Of a stretch of DNA of 64,000 bases, positions 38,670 through 48,112 are shown one piece after another. The DNA comes from Myxococcota bacterium. GTDB taxonomy: Bacteria; Myxococcota_A; UBA796; UBA2385. The translations under genes and the position numbers were made by a program. The notes beneath the pieces are model-generated. The model was given only the letters and a program-made list of their open reading frames with translations, did not search any database and had not been told where the DNA came from. The stretch is taken from positions 1 through 64,000 of the forward strand of contig JBIJDH010000009.1 in NCBI GenBank assembly GCA_044344255.1, written 5' to 3'. Position 1 is the stretch's first letter; the number at the start of each line of letters is the position of its first letter.

Positions 38670-40538
38670 ATGTGTGGCATCATTGGGTACCTGGGTCCTC
38701 GTCAATGTACGCCTGTCCTCCTTGAGGGGCTGCGTCGCCTCGAGTATCGGGGCTATGACTCGGCGGGGATCGCCGTCTACGACCGTGGCGCCTTGCAGGT
38801 CATCAAGACAGTGGGCCGCGTGGCCGATCTCGCCGCCAAGGTGCCCGCCGATCAGCAAGGTAGCACCGGCGTTGCGCACACCCGCTGGGCCACCCACGGC
38901 GGCGTCACCGACGAGAACGCCCACCCGCACCTGGACAGCTCGGGCCGAATCGCGTTGATTCACAACGGCATCATCGAGAACATGAACCCGCTGAAGGCCC
39001 GCCTCTTGAGCGCGGGCGTCGAGTTCCGTTCGGAGACAGACTCCGAGGTGCTCGTCCAGCTCATCGGGCGGTACTACTTCGGACAGGTCATCCCCGGAGA
39101 CACCCTGCCGCCGGACCTCGTGCGGGGAGACCCCCTCGAGGCCGTCCGCGCCGCGCTCACACGGGTCCGCGGCACCTGGGGCATCGCCGTGCTCTTCGCA
39201 GACCACCCCGACCTCATCATCGCGGCGCGGAACGGCTCCCCCTTGGTCGTCGGCCTCGGCGACGGCGAGACCTTCCTCGCCTCTGACCCCCACGCCCTCG
39301 GCCCCTACACCCGTCGAGTGGTCTTCCTCGAAGACGGCGATCTCGCGCGCCTCGACAAGAACGGCGTCGAGACCACCCGCCTCGGCGGCAGCTTGTCGCG
39401 CCCGAACGTGCACATGTTGGAGGAGGACTGGAAGGACGGGGATCGCGGCGACTTCCCCCACTACATGCTCAAAGAGATCCACGAGCAGCCCGACGCCCTC
39501 CGGCAGTGCCTCCGCGGCCGCGTCGTGGTGGAGGAGGGGCTCAGCCGCTTGGGCGGCCTCGACCTCTCCCCCCGTCAGCTCACGGGGATCCCGCGCGTCG
39601 GCCTCGTCGGCTGCGGGACGGCTTGGCACGCCTGCATGGTGGGGGCCAACGCCATCGAGCAGCTCGCCCGGATCCCGGCCTCTGCCGAGATCAGCAGTGA
39701 ATTCCGGTATCGTAACCCCGTGATCGACCCCGCGGCGCTCTTCCTCGCGGTGAGCCAGTCCGGTGAGACCGCCGACACCCTCGGCGCGGTGAAGGAGATC
39801 CAGCTCAAGGGCGGGACGGTGATGGGCGTGGTCAACGTGGTGGGCAGCTCCATCGCCCGCACCACCGGCCGCGGGGTCTTCATCCACTCGGGCCCCGAGA
39901 TGGCCGTGGCCTCGACCAAGGCCTTCTCGAACATGGTCGCGGCCCTGTACCTCTTCGCGCTCCAGCTCGCGCGCTCCCGCTCGCTCTCGCTGCCGGCTGG
40001 GCGCGCCTTCGCCGAAGACCTGCTCCGCATCCCGGATCTCGTGGAGCAGTACCTCTCACGGCCCGGCCCCATCGACGCGATGGTGCGAATGGTCACAGAC
40101 TCCCGGATGGTGCTCTTCCTCGGCCGCGGCTGCTCGGCTGCGGTGGCCGCGGAGGGGGCGCTCAAGCTGATGGAGGTGGCCTACATCCCGTGTATCGCCT
40201 ACCCCTCAGGCGAGATGAAGCACGGCCCCATCGCCCTCCTCGAGAAGGGGAGCCCCGTCATCGTCATCGCGCCCAACGACTCGCTCCGCGACAAGAGTCT
40301 GTCGAACCTCCAGGAGTGCCGCGCCCGCGGCGCCCGCATCATCCTCATCCACTCGGAAGGAGATGATGAGGCCGCGAGCTACGGCGATGTCTGCATCGCC
40401 GTCCCGCACACCTCCGAGCTCCTGAGCCCCCTCGTGACGGTCCTGCCGCTTCAGCTCCTCGCCTACCAGACGGCCCTGGCGCTGGGGCGAGACATTGACC
40501 GCCCCCGTAACCTCGCAAAGTCCGTAACAGTGGAGTAA
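38670..40538 (+). CDS. glmS: Glutamine-fructose-6-phosphate transaminase (isomerizing)
   Basis: MCGIIG, HTRWATHG, SQSGETAD, VASTKAF, PRNLAKSVTVE. Confidence 0.98.
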   Translation: MCGIIGYLGPRQCTPVLLEGLRRLEYRGYDSAGIAVYDRGALQVIKTVGRVADLAAKVPADQQGSTGVAHTRWATHGGVTDENAHPHLDSSGRIALIHNGIIENMNPLKARLLSAGVEFRSETDSEVLVQLIGRYYFGQVIPGDTLPPDLVRGDPLEAVRAALTRVRGTWGIAVLFADHPDLIIAARNGSPLVVGLGDGETFLASDPHALGPYTRRVVFLEDGDLARLDKNGVETTRLGGSLSRPNVHMLEEDWKDGDRGDFPHYMLKEIHEQPDALRQCLRGRVVVEEGLSRLGGLDLSPRQLTGIPRVGLVGCGTAWHACMVGANAIEQLARIPASAEISSEFRYRNPVIDPAALFLAVSQSGETADTLGAVKEIQLKGGTVMGVVNVVGSSIARTTGRGVFIHSGPEMAVASTKAFSNMVAALYLFALQLARSRSLSLPAGRAFAEDLLRIPDLVEQYLSRPGPIDAMVRMVTDSRMVLFLGRGCSAAVAAEGALKLMEVAYIPCIAYPSGEMKHGPIALLEKGSPVIVIAPNDSLRDKSLSNLQECRARGARIILIHSEGDDEAASYGDVCIAVPHTSELLSPLVTVLPLQLLAYQTALALGRDIDRPRNLAKSVTVE

Positions 40539-40582
40539 CGCCAACTCTCACGGATACGCCGCTCGACATTCCCGAGGGGGCC

Positions 40583-41953
40583 TCACTCGAGGGTGGTGGG
40601 CACCGACCAGAGCGCGCCGTCGAGGCGCCAGAGGAACCGTCGGTCGCCACAGCGGCGCTCGGCGTCGATCCCCAACATCGCCACGAGCGCGGCCTGCTCC
40701 GGCCTGTCCAGCGACGGGGGCTCGACCTCTGGGGGCGGCGCTGCGGTCGAGCCTTGGGACGGGCCCCGCTCGTCGACCACCAGCTCACCGGTCTCGAGGG
40801 AGGCGCGCAGCCACCCGGCCTCGCGGAGCAGCCACAGGTGCCTCCCGTCCCAGGCTCCCTCGAGCGGAGGATCGGCCTCGGGGAGCAAGGCTGCGGGCAG
40901 GCTGTGGTGGGCGAGGGGCTCGCACTCCGCCGACAGGTGAGAGAGGGTCTCTCCGATGAGGGCTGCCCAGCCGGCCTCCCCGAGGGAGACGATCAGGTCG
41001 GCAGACAGCTCGGGCAGGCTCGGGCTCGCGGCGCCGGTCCGGAGGTCCCAGACACGCCCGCCGGGGCCGGCGAGGCGGTCATCGGCGAGGGTGGGGGAGG
41101 TGGGCACGAAGCCGTCCGCGCGGAGCTCCCCCTCGAAGGTGCGCAGCTCACCGGTCGACTCATCGAGGAGCAGCGGCGCGGGATCGAAGCCCACCGGCGA
41201 GAGATCGGCGCCCTCGGCGTAGGTGAGCACCCCGCCTGTGCGGGTGTCGATCAAGGCGAGCCCCTCCTCACAGCGGACGATGGCCCGCTGACCGTCGGCC
41301 GAGAAGCGGGCGCCATCGAGCTCGAGGGCGATCTCCACCGGCACGGGCAGACCGCCGGGCGGCAGGGCCCACTGGCCATCGCGGCTGAGCAGCAGCGCCG
41401 CGCCGCACGGCCCGGCGACCAGGCGCCGCACGTCACTGTTGAGGGAGCCGGCGGATTGGGGGCGCCCACCGGGGGACATCCGGTATAGGCGCTGCTCATC
41501 CGCCCAGATCAGGCCCGGCTGGTCGGTCCAGAGGCCCAGCAGGCCCTCCCGCGGCCCGATCGGCAAGCGCAGGGGCGGTGCGCCCTCTGCAGCGGGTAAC
41601 ACAATGTTATCCGCCCCCTTTCGCCAAGCGACGAGCCCTGCACCAAGCTGGGGCGCGCGGCCGATCCCGCTGATCGACCGCTCCCCGAGCAGCGAGCCGT
41701 CGGGGTCGAGGCGACGGAGGCGCAGGCCGGTGGGCCCCCCCGAGGTCAGCAGGGTCCAGCCCTCGGCCGTGGGCACGAGGCCCAGCACGGCCCCCGTCTC
41801 GACGAAGGTGGCGACCGATCCGCGGAGCAGGAACAGCCCCTCTTCGAAGGGCCAGCAGATCACGCCCTCCGCGGCGATCAGCGCGTCGGGGAGGCCGGGG
41901 GCGAGGAGGCGCGGACCGACGCCCGGGCCCCAGCCGAAGAACAGGCGGTTCAT
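40583..41953 (-). CDS. Hypothetical beta-propeller-like protein
   Basis: ATGA overlap with upstream gene; beta-rich, FSADGQR and VWDLRTG segments. Confidence 0.55.
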   Translation of the reverse strand: MNRLFFGWGPGVGPRLLAPGLPDALIAAEGVICWPFEEGLFLLRGSVATFVETGAVLGLVPTAEGWTLLTSGGPTGLRLRRLDPDGSLLGERSISGIGRAPQLGAGLVAWRKGADNIVLPAAEGAPPLRLPIGPREGLLGLWTDQPGLIWADEQRLYRMSPGGRPQSAGSLNSDVRRLVAGPCGAALLLSRDGQWALPPGGLPVPVEIALELDGARFSADGQRAIVRCEEGLALIDTRTGGVLTYAEGADLSPVGFDPAPLLLDESTGELRTFEGELRADGFVPTSPTLADDRLAGPGGRVWDLRTGAASPSLPELSADLIVSLGEAGWAALIGETLSHLSAECEPLAHHSLPAALLPEADPPLEGAWDGRHLWLLREAGWLRASLETGELVVDERGPSQGSTAAPPPEVEPPSLDRPEQAALVAMLGIDAERRCGDRRFLWRLDGALWSVPTTLE

Positions 41954-43119
41954 GGCTTCCTCCCGAGGGCGACCACGTCGCCGTTCGCCAGCCCGACGTA
42001 GATGAAGCCGCGAGCGATCGCGGGCGCGCCGGTGATCGGAGAGATGAGGTCGAGCGTCCAGATCTCGCCGCCGTCGTCCTTGTCGAGGCGGTGCAGCCTC
42101 CCGTCGGCGTCGCCAACGTAGACGCCGGTGCGGGAGATCGCAGGGCTGCTGCTCCAGGCGTCCTCGTTGATCGCCGTCCAGGTGAGTGAGCCGCTGCCCA
42201 GGTCAATCGCCAGGAGTTGCCCACCCATGGTCGCCAGGTAGACCGCGTCGGCGAGGGCCGGGGCGGCGGCGGGGGCCGAAGGGGCCTGACGCGACCAGAG
42301 GCGGCTCCCATCCGAGGCGTTGAAGGCGGCGACGCCGCCCGGCCGGCCGTCCTTCTCGGCGTAGGCCGCCACCACCACCTGACCGTCCGTGACGGGGTGC
42401 TCGAAGCCGGGACCGGGGAGGGGCACCCGCCAGATCACCCCCGCGTGGGTGAGGCTCACGAGCTCCCCCCCTTCCGTGCTGACGAAGAGGTGCGTCCCAT
42501 CCGAGCAGCCGCCGTAGCGGGCCCCGGTGGACACGGGCACGGTCCAGCCGGTCTGGCCGTACACCACCCCGTCTTCGCCCACCCAGGCGAGCTCCTCACC
42601 CACCTCGACCGCCGCGCCGCGCGCCGGGGCTGCGGAGAGGAAGCGCTGCGCCGCCGAGCCTCGGCCCTCGTGCAGCAGGGCCGCGCCCCCCGAGATCAGC
42701 CCCACGGCCAGCCCGCGGCCTGTCAGCGCCACCGGCCCGCTCGGGCCGAGCGGGTTGGCCCAGCGCTCCACCCCATCGACGCCGAGCGCGTGGACCGAGG
42801 CGCCGCCGACCACGAACAGCGCGCCGCCCTTGATCGTGATGGGCTGACTCACCGGTCCGCCGGTGCGGAAGCGCCAGAGCGGGCTGGGAGAGTCCGTGGG
42901 GCCATCCTCCCCGAAAGACCGCCGCTGCTCGGACCAGGCGCCGCCTTCGATCTGCGCGGCGGCCACCACGACCGCTCGCCCATCCGTCGGGGCAGCCACG
43001 GCCACGGTCCGGCTCCGCGCCGGGCCGGTGGAGCAGGCGGCCAGGGACGCCAAAGAAGCCCAGGCAGCCAGGGCGGCGAAGGTCAGCAGGGACGAACAAG
43101 GTGCGGCAGGGGTGGACAA
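41950..43119 (-). CDS. PQQ-like beta-propeller lipoprotein (BamB-like); start uncertain
   Basis: LAAC lipobox; repeats such as AFNASDGSRLW, AIDLGSGSLTW, LDKDDGGEIW. Confidence 0.78.
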   Translation of the reverse strand: MSTPAAPCSSLLTFAALAAWASLASLAACSTGPARSRTVAVAAPTDGRAVVVAAAQIEGGAWSEQRRSFGEDGPTDSPSPLWRFRTGGPVSQPITIKGGALFVVGGASVHALGVDGVERWANPLGPSGPVALTGRGLAVGLISGGAALLHEGRGSAAQRFLSAAPARGAAVEVGEELAWVGEDGVVYGQTGWTVPVSTGARYGGCSDGTHLFVSTEGGELVSLTHAGVIWRVPLPGPGFEHPVTDGQVVVAAYAEKDGRPGGVAAFNASDGSRLWSRQAPSAPAAAPALADAVYLATMGGQLLAIDLGSGSLTWTAINEDAWSSSPAISRTGVYVGDADGRLHRLDKDDGGEIWTLDLISPITGAPAIARGFIYVGLANGDVVALGRKP

Positions 43120-43190
43120 GGGCGGAGCTCCGTCAAGGGCGCCGCCTAACCCCGGTGCCCGCCTGCCGCCGGACCGCTGACGTAGACCGC

Positions 43191-43220
43191 TTGACGCGGC
43201 ACCGGGCGGCGCGGTACCAA
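43191..43220 (+). promoter_or_regulatory. Possible sigma70-type promoter of the BMC operon
   Basis: TTGACG-18 nt-TACCAA in the divergent intergenic region; imperfect -10. Confidence 0.3.
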
Positions 43221-43306
43221 AGGCCACCCGACCGATGAGCCGGGCGGCGACCCCATGGTCGATGGACCCGTGGGACCGATGGATCTCTGGTTGAATGAGG
43301 TGCGGT

Positions 43307-43921
43307 TTGTCAGTCACGCTGCGTGGGTATGCCTTCCTCGACAGCCTCCAGCCGCAGCTCGCGGCCTTCACGGGCACCACGTGTCGCGGCTTCCTCCCCT
43401 TGGCGGGCCAGGCCTCGCTGTGGATCGAGACGGCCCCCGGCATGATCATCAACCGCGTCACCGACGTGGCCCTCAAGGCCACTCGCGCGGTGCCTGCGGT
43501 CCAAGTGGTGGAGCGGGCCTTCGGCCTCCTCGAGATCCACCACGACGACAAGGGAGAGGTGGTCTCGGCCGGGGAGGCGGTGCTCGCGTACCTCAACGTG
43601 AAGGAAGAGGATCGGGTCCGCCCCAAGGTGGTCTCCAATCAGATCATCCGCGCGGTCGAGCCCTACCAGGCCCAACTCATCAACCGCAACCGCAACGGCA
43701 TGATGCTCATCCCCGGGCAGAGCCTCTTCATCCTCGAGGTCGAGCCCGCCGCCTGGATCGTGGTCGCGGCGAACGAGGCGGAGAAGGCCGCGAACATCAA
43801 CCTGATCAACGTGCAGCCCTTCGGCGCCTTCGGGCGCCTCTGGATGGGCGGCTCCGAGTCCGAGATCGACAGCGCCCGCGACGCCGCGATCGCCGCGATC
43901 GAGGCCCTCTCGGCCCGCTGA
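43307..43921 (+). CDS. BMC shell protein, permuted tandem-domain trimer (BMC-T dp; CcmP/HO BMC-T2-like)
   Basis: [45 protein letters not shown] start after GAGGT. Confidence 0.93.
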   Translation: MSVTLRGYAFLDSLQPQLAAFTGTTCRGFLPLAGQASLWIETAPGMIINRVTDVALKATRAVPAVQVVERAFGLLEIHHDDKGEVVSAGEAVLAYLNVKEEDRVRPKVVSNQIIRAVEPYQAQLINRNRNGMMLIPGQSLFILEVEPAAWIVVAANEAEKAANINLINVQPFGAFGRLWMGGSESEIDSARDAAIAAIEALSAR

Positions 43922-44033
43922 GCCCTGTCCTCGCGGGCGATTTCCCTCTGAATGATCTCCTGATTTCTGGTCTCCCGCTTTCACTCCGACCCCACAAGTT
44001 CCGATCCCACGAAGGATCAGATGGAGAGTTCAA

Positions 44034-44324
44034 ATGGCTGATGCACTCGGCATGATCGAGACGAAGGGCTTCGTCGCCATGGTCGAGGCCGCCGACGCGA
44101 TGGTCAAGGCGGCCCGTGTGGAGCTCGTCGGCTTCGAGAAGATCGGCGGTGGCTACGTCACCGCGATCGTCCGCGGCGACGTCGCCGCGGTCAAGGCCGC
44201 CACTGAGGCCGGCGCCCGCCAGGCCCAGCGGGTCGGTGAGCTCGTGAGCGTGCACGTCATCCCGCGCCCCCACGAGAACATCGACGAGGTCCTCCCGCTC
44301 GGCCGCACGCCCAAGAAGGCCTGA
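44034..44324 (+). CDS. BMC hexamer shell protein (BMC-H; EutM/PduA/CcmK family)
   Basis: [36 protein letters not shown]. Confidence 0.98.
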   Translation: MADALGMIETKGFVAMVEAADAMVKAARVELVGFEKIGGGYVTAIVRGDVAAVKAATEAGARQAQRVGELVSVHVIPRPHENIDEVLPLGRTPKKA

Positions 44325-44327
44325 CCG

Positions 44328-44699
44328 ATGAAGCTCGGGCGGATCGTCGGCACGGTCGTCGCGTCCCGCAAGGACGAGAAGATCGAGAGCCTCCGGCTGT
44401 ACGTGGTGCGCGACGTCTCCGTGGCGCTCGCCAACAAGGACAGCTTCGTGGTCGCGGTGGACGCGGTCGGGGCGGGGGTGGGCGAGCTCGTGCTCTACGC
44501 CAGCGGCTCGTCGGCCCGCCAGACGCGGGCCACCGAGGGCCGCCCGGTAGACGCGACCATCATGGCTATCGTGGACCAGGTTGACCTCGAGGGGCAGCTC
44601 GTCTACGACAAGCACACCGAGGCGAAGGCGGAGATCGCGCGCCGTAACGCCGCCTTCGAGGCGACCGCGGGGCAGACCGCCGGAGAGGGTGAGGGCTGA
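44328..44699 (+). CDS. BMC pentamer vertex protein (BMC-P; EutN/CcmL family) with C-terminal extension
   Basis: [40 protein letters not shown]. Confidence 0.96.
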   Translation: MKLGRIVGTVVASRKDEKIESLRLYVVRDVSVALANKDSFVVAVDAVGAGVGELVLYASGSSARQTRATEGRPVDATIMAIVDQVDLEGQLVYDKHTEAKAEIARRNAAFEATAGQTAGEGEG

Positions 44700-46111
44700 T
44701 GTCCACCGCCAACGTCGATATCACCGATGTCGTGGAGAAGGTCCTCGCCCGAATGAAGGGTGGAGACCTCGGCGCCCCGCGCACCGAGCTCCCCTCCCGC
44801 CCCCTCGGCGTGATGAAGTCGGTCGACGACGCCGTCGCCGCCGCGGGCATCGCCCAGCTCCAGCTCGTGGCGCTGCCGCTCGAGAAGCGGCGGGAGATCA
44901 TCGCCAACATCCGCAAGCGGGCCGCCGAGAACGTCCACACCATGGCCAAGATGGCGCATGAGGAGACGGGGCTCGGCCGGGTCGAAGACAAGATCAAGAA
45001 GAACCTCCTCGTCATCCACCGCACGCCTGGCCCCGAGATCCTCGAGCCCATCGCGATCACCGGCGATGACGGCCTCACGCTCATCGAGCGAGCCCCCTAT
45101 GGGGTCATCGGCTCGATCACGCCGAGCACGAACCCCACAGAGACCATCCTGAACAATGGGATCGGGATGGTCGCCGGTGGCAACGCGGTCGCCTTCAACG
45201 TCCACCCGGGCGCCAAGAAGACGAGCGCCTGGTGCATCGATCTCATCAACCGGGCCACCATCGAGGTGGGAGGGCCCGAGAACATCATGACCTGCGTGGG
45301 CGACCCCTCCATCGAGTCGGCCGGCCTGCTCATGAAGCACAAGTCCCTCCGCATGCTCGTGGTGACGGGCGGCGGGGCGGTGGTGCAAGCGGCCATGCGG
45401 AGCGGCAAGCGCGTCGTCGCAGGCGGCCCGGGCAACCCCCCAGTGGTGGTCGATGAGACGGCCGATCTCGATCGGGCGGCGCGGGAGATCCTGACCGGCG
45501 CCAGCATGGACAACAACATCATCTGCGTCGATGAGAAGGAGGTCTTCGCCGTCGAGAAGATCTTCGACTCGCTGATGGACAAGATGGAGGCGCTCGGCTG
45601 CGTGCGGGTGCGAAACCACCAGATCACCCGCCTCGAGAAGGTGGCGCTCACCCCCGACAAGGAGCACACCAATCGCGACATGGTGGGCAAGTCGGCACGA
45701 GAATTCCTGAAGCAGGCCGACATCCCCTTCAAGGGTGACCCGCGGCTCATCATCTGCGAGGTGCCCTTCGAGCACCCCTTCGTGCAGCACGAGCTGCTGA
45801 TGCCGATCCTGCCCTTCACCCGGGTCAAGGACGTGCATGAGGGCATCGACTTCGCCGTGAAGGCCGAGCATGGCTACGGCCACACGGCCAGCATGTACTC
45901 GCGCAACCTCGACAACCTGCACCGGATGGCCAAGGTCATCAACTGCTCGATATTCGTGAAGAACGCGAACCACTGCGCGGGCCTCGGCTACGGCGGAGAG
46001 GGCTACACGAGCTTCACCATCGCCTCACCGACGGGGGACGGGCTCACGACGGCCCGCACCTTCACGCGGGAGCGCCGCTGCACCCTGGCCGGCTACTTCC
46101 GGATCGTATGA
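44699..46111 (+). CDS. Acylating aldehyde dehydrogenase (EutE/PduP-like)
   Basis: [58 protein letters not shown]-terminal amphipathic peptide. Confidence 0.95.
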   Translation: MSTANVDITDVVEKVLARMKGGDLGAPRTELPSRPLGVMKSVDDAVAAAGIAQLQLVALPLEKRREIIANIRKRAAENVHTMAKMAHEETGLGRVEDKIKKNLLVIHRTPGPEILEPIAITGDDGLTLIERAPYGVIGSITPSTNPTETILNNGIGMVAGGNAVAFNVHPGAKKTSAWCIDLINRATIEVGGPENIMTCVGDPSIESAGLLMKHKSLRMLVVTGGGAVVQAAMRSGKRVVAGGPGNPPVVVDETADLDRAAREILTGASMDNNIICVDEKEVFAVEKIFDSLMDKMEALGCVRVRNHQITRLEKVALTPDKEHTNRDMVGKSAREFLKQADIPFKGDPRLIICEVPFEHPFVQHELLMPILPFTRVKDVHEGIDFAVKAEHGYGHTASMYSRNLDNLHRMAKVINCSIFVKNANHCAGLGYGGEGYTSFTIASPTGDGLTTARTFTRERRCTLAGYFRIV

Positions 46112-46116
46112 GGCCC

Positions 46117-46713
46117 ATGACCGAGTCCCCCGCGCTCGCGATGGTGGAGGTGGACTCGGTCGCCCGTGGGCTGCGCACCTTGGACGCCCTCGTCAAGAAG
46201 GCGCCGGTGCGGATCCTGGAGGCGAACCTCATCGAGCCGGGGCGCTTCCTGATCCTCTTCGCCGGCGGTGTCGGTGAGGTGGACGAGAGCTTCATCGAGG
46301 CCGTCGCCGTGGCGGCGGAGGAGCTCAGCGATCGACTCTTCCTGGCCGACGCGCACCCCGCGATCCTCCGCGGGCTTCGCGGATACCTCGATCTCCGGGG
46401 CGCAGACGACATGGACTGCCTCGCCGTGATCGAGGGGAGCCGAGTCGCCTCGACGCTTCGGGCGGTCGAGCGCTCGCTGAAGGAGGCCGATGTCAGCCTC
46501 GCCGGCCTCCGGGTGAGCGGAGGCCTCGGCGGGCGTGCCTACTACGTGGTCTTCGGGGCCCAGCATGACGTCGAGGCGGCGATCGAAGCCGGCAAGGCGA
46601 TCCTCGAAGAGGCGAGACAGCTGAAGAAGGTCGAGATCATCCCCCGCCCGCACCCCGAGATGGTGACGTGGCTGCTGCGTCCGCCGCCCTTCGCGGTGGC
46701 TCGGGAGGGCTGA
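46117..46713 (+). CDS. BMC tandem-domain trimer shell protein (BMC-T s; PduT/HO BMC-T1-like)
   Basis: ALAMVEVDSVARG, PGRFL, GLGGRAY, IIPRPH; alternative ATG at 46108. Confidence 0.9.
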   Translation: MTESPALAMVEVDSVARGLRTLDALVKKAPVRILEANLIEPGRFLILFAGGVGEVDESFIEAVAVAAEELSDRLFLADAHPAILRGLRGYLDLRGADDMDCLAVIEGSRVASTLRAVERSLKEADVSLAGLRVSGGLGGRAYYVVFGAQHDVEAAIEAGKAILEEARQLKKVEIIPRPHPEMVTWLLRPPPFAVAREG

Positions 46714-46991
46714 TGGAGCTGGCGAGAGTGCTGGGCCGCGTGGTCTGCACGGTGAAGTACGAGACGCTCACGGGCGTGCGCATGCTGGTCATCCAGCCCG
46801 TGGACGCCGCGGGGGCCGCTCAGGGCGAGCCGATCGTGGCGACCGATCCCCTCCAGGCGGGGCCGGGTGACCTCGTCTCCTGGGTGGGCGGCCGCGAGGC
46901 GGCGCTGACCCTGCCCAACACCTACGCTCCGGTGGACGCCTCGATCGTCGAGATCGTCGATCATGCGTGGTCGGACCGGAAGTACCTGTGA
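46713..46991 (+). CDS. BMC pentamer protein (BMC-P)
   Basis: MELARVLGRVVCTVK, ATDPLQAGPGD, PVDASIVEIVD; GGGAGG RBS. Confidence 0.93.
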   Translation: MELARVLGRVVCTVKYETLTGVRMLVIQPVDAAGAAQGEPIVATDPLQAGPGDLVSWVGGREAALTLPNTYAPVDASIVEIVDHAWSDRKYL

Positions 46992-47007
46992 ACCCCGGGA
47001 GGTCCCC

Positions 47008-47319
47008 GTGATCCTCTGTCGAGTCGTCGGCAACAGCGTCGCGACGGTGCGGCACCCCTGCTACGTCGGGCGGAGCGTGATGGTCGTCCGGCCCGTCCAG
47101 CCTGACGGCCACACGATCGCAGGCGACGAGTTCCTCGCCGTCGACGCCGTGCAGGCCGGCCCCGGAGACCTCATCCTCGCCTCGCGGGAGGGCAACACCG
47201 CCCGGCAGCTGCTCGGCACCGACAACGACCCCTTCCACGCCGTCATCCTCGGCGTGGTGGACGAGGTGAGCGACGAGACCCGCGGGATGCGGGGCACCCT
47301 CGGCGGGGGCGCGCCTTGA
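47008..47319 (+). CDS. BMC pentamer protein (BMC-P)
   Basis: CRVVGNSVATVRH, AVDAVQAGPGD, REGNTAR, ILGVVD; GGAGG before GTG. Confidence 0.92.
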   Translation: MILCRVVGNSVATVRHPCYVGRSVMVVRPVQPDGHTIAGDEFLAVDAVQAGPGDLILASREGNTARQLLGTDNDPFHAVILGVVDEVSDETRGMRGTLGGGAP

Positions 47320-48098
47320 GCCTGCCCATCGACGAAGAGCAGCTTCGGACCGAGATCGTCGCCCGCTCCCACCAGCTCTCTGCCCGCGGCTGGGTGGCGA
47401 ACCACGACGGCAACCTCACCGCCCGGCTCGGCGGCGGGCGCACCCTGGCAACCCCCACCGCCGTGAACAAGGGCGACGTGCGGCCGGAGTGGCTGATCGT
47501 GCTCGACGAGTCGGGCAAGGTGATCTCCGGCACCCGCAAGCCCTTCGGCGAGCTGGTGCTGCACCGCGCGGCCTACGCGGCGCGGCCTGACATCGGCGTC
47601 GTCTTGCACGCGCACCCGCCGCACGCGACGGCCTTCGCCCTCGCCGGGCAGCCGATCGGCCACCCCTTCCTCGCCGAGGCGGTGGTGAGCCTCGGCCCTG
47701 AGCTGCCGCAGATCCCCTACCGGCGCCCCGGCAGCGAAGAGACCAGCCGCGAGCTGGCGGCCGCCCTCCAGCGCGCCGACGTCGTGATCCTCGAGGGGCA
47801 CGGGCTGCTCAGCGTCGGCGGCAGCTTCGAGCAGGCCTTCCTCCGGATGGAGCTGGTGGAGCACCTCGCCCGCTTGAGCTGGCTCGCCCGCCCCCTCGGC
47901 GGCGCCCGCCCCCTGCCCGAGGCCGACGTCCGCGCGCTCGCCGAGAAGGGCCGCCCCGCCTCCGCTCCCGACTGGAGCGGCGGCGCCCACGGCCCGGCCA
48001 GCAGCCCCTCGCTCGCTGCGGGCGCGCCGCCGCCCAGCCCGGCTCACCGGCCCGACGTGCGCTCCCTGGTCGAAGAGGCGATGCGCCGGGCGCGCTGA
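47316..48098 (+). CDS. Class II aldolase/adducin family protein (FucA/AraD-like) with C-terminal extension
   Basis: DGNLT, ATPT, GELVLH, LHAHPPHATAF, GHGLL metal-binding motifs. Confidence 0.92.
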   Translation: MSLPIDEEQLRTEIVARSHQLSARGWVANHDGNLTARLGGGRTLATPTAVNKGDVRPEWLIVLDESGKVISGTRKPFGELVLHRAAYAARPDIGVVLHAHPPHATAFALAGQPIGHPFLAEAVVSLGPELPQIPYRRPGSEETSRELAAALQRADVVILEGHGLLSVGGSFEQAFLRMELVEHLARLSWLARPLGGARPLPEADVRALAEKGRPASAPDWSGGAHGPASSPSLAAGAPPPSPAHRPDVRSLVEEAMRRAR

Positions 48099-48112
48099 GG
48101 TTGAGGCTACCC

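Noticed and set aside
43307..48098. Calling the BMC a carboxysome or eut/pdu locus
   Set aside because: No RuBisCO, ethanolamine ammonia-lyase, diol dehydratase or glycyl-radical enzyme present, so gene symbols were withheld
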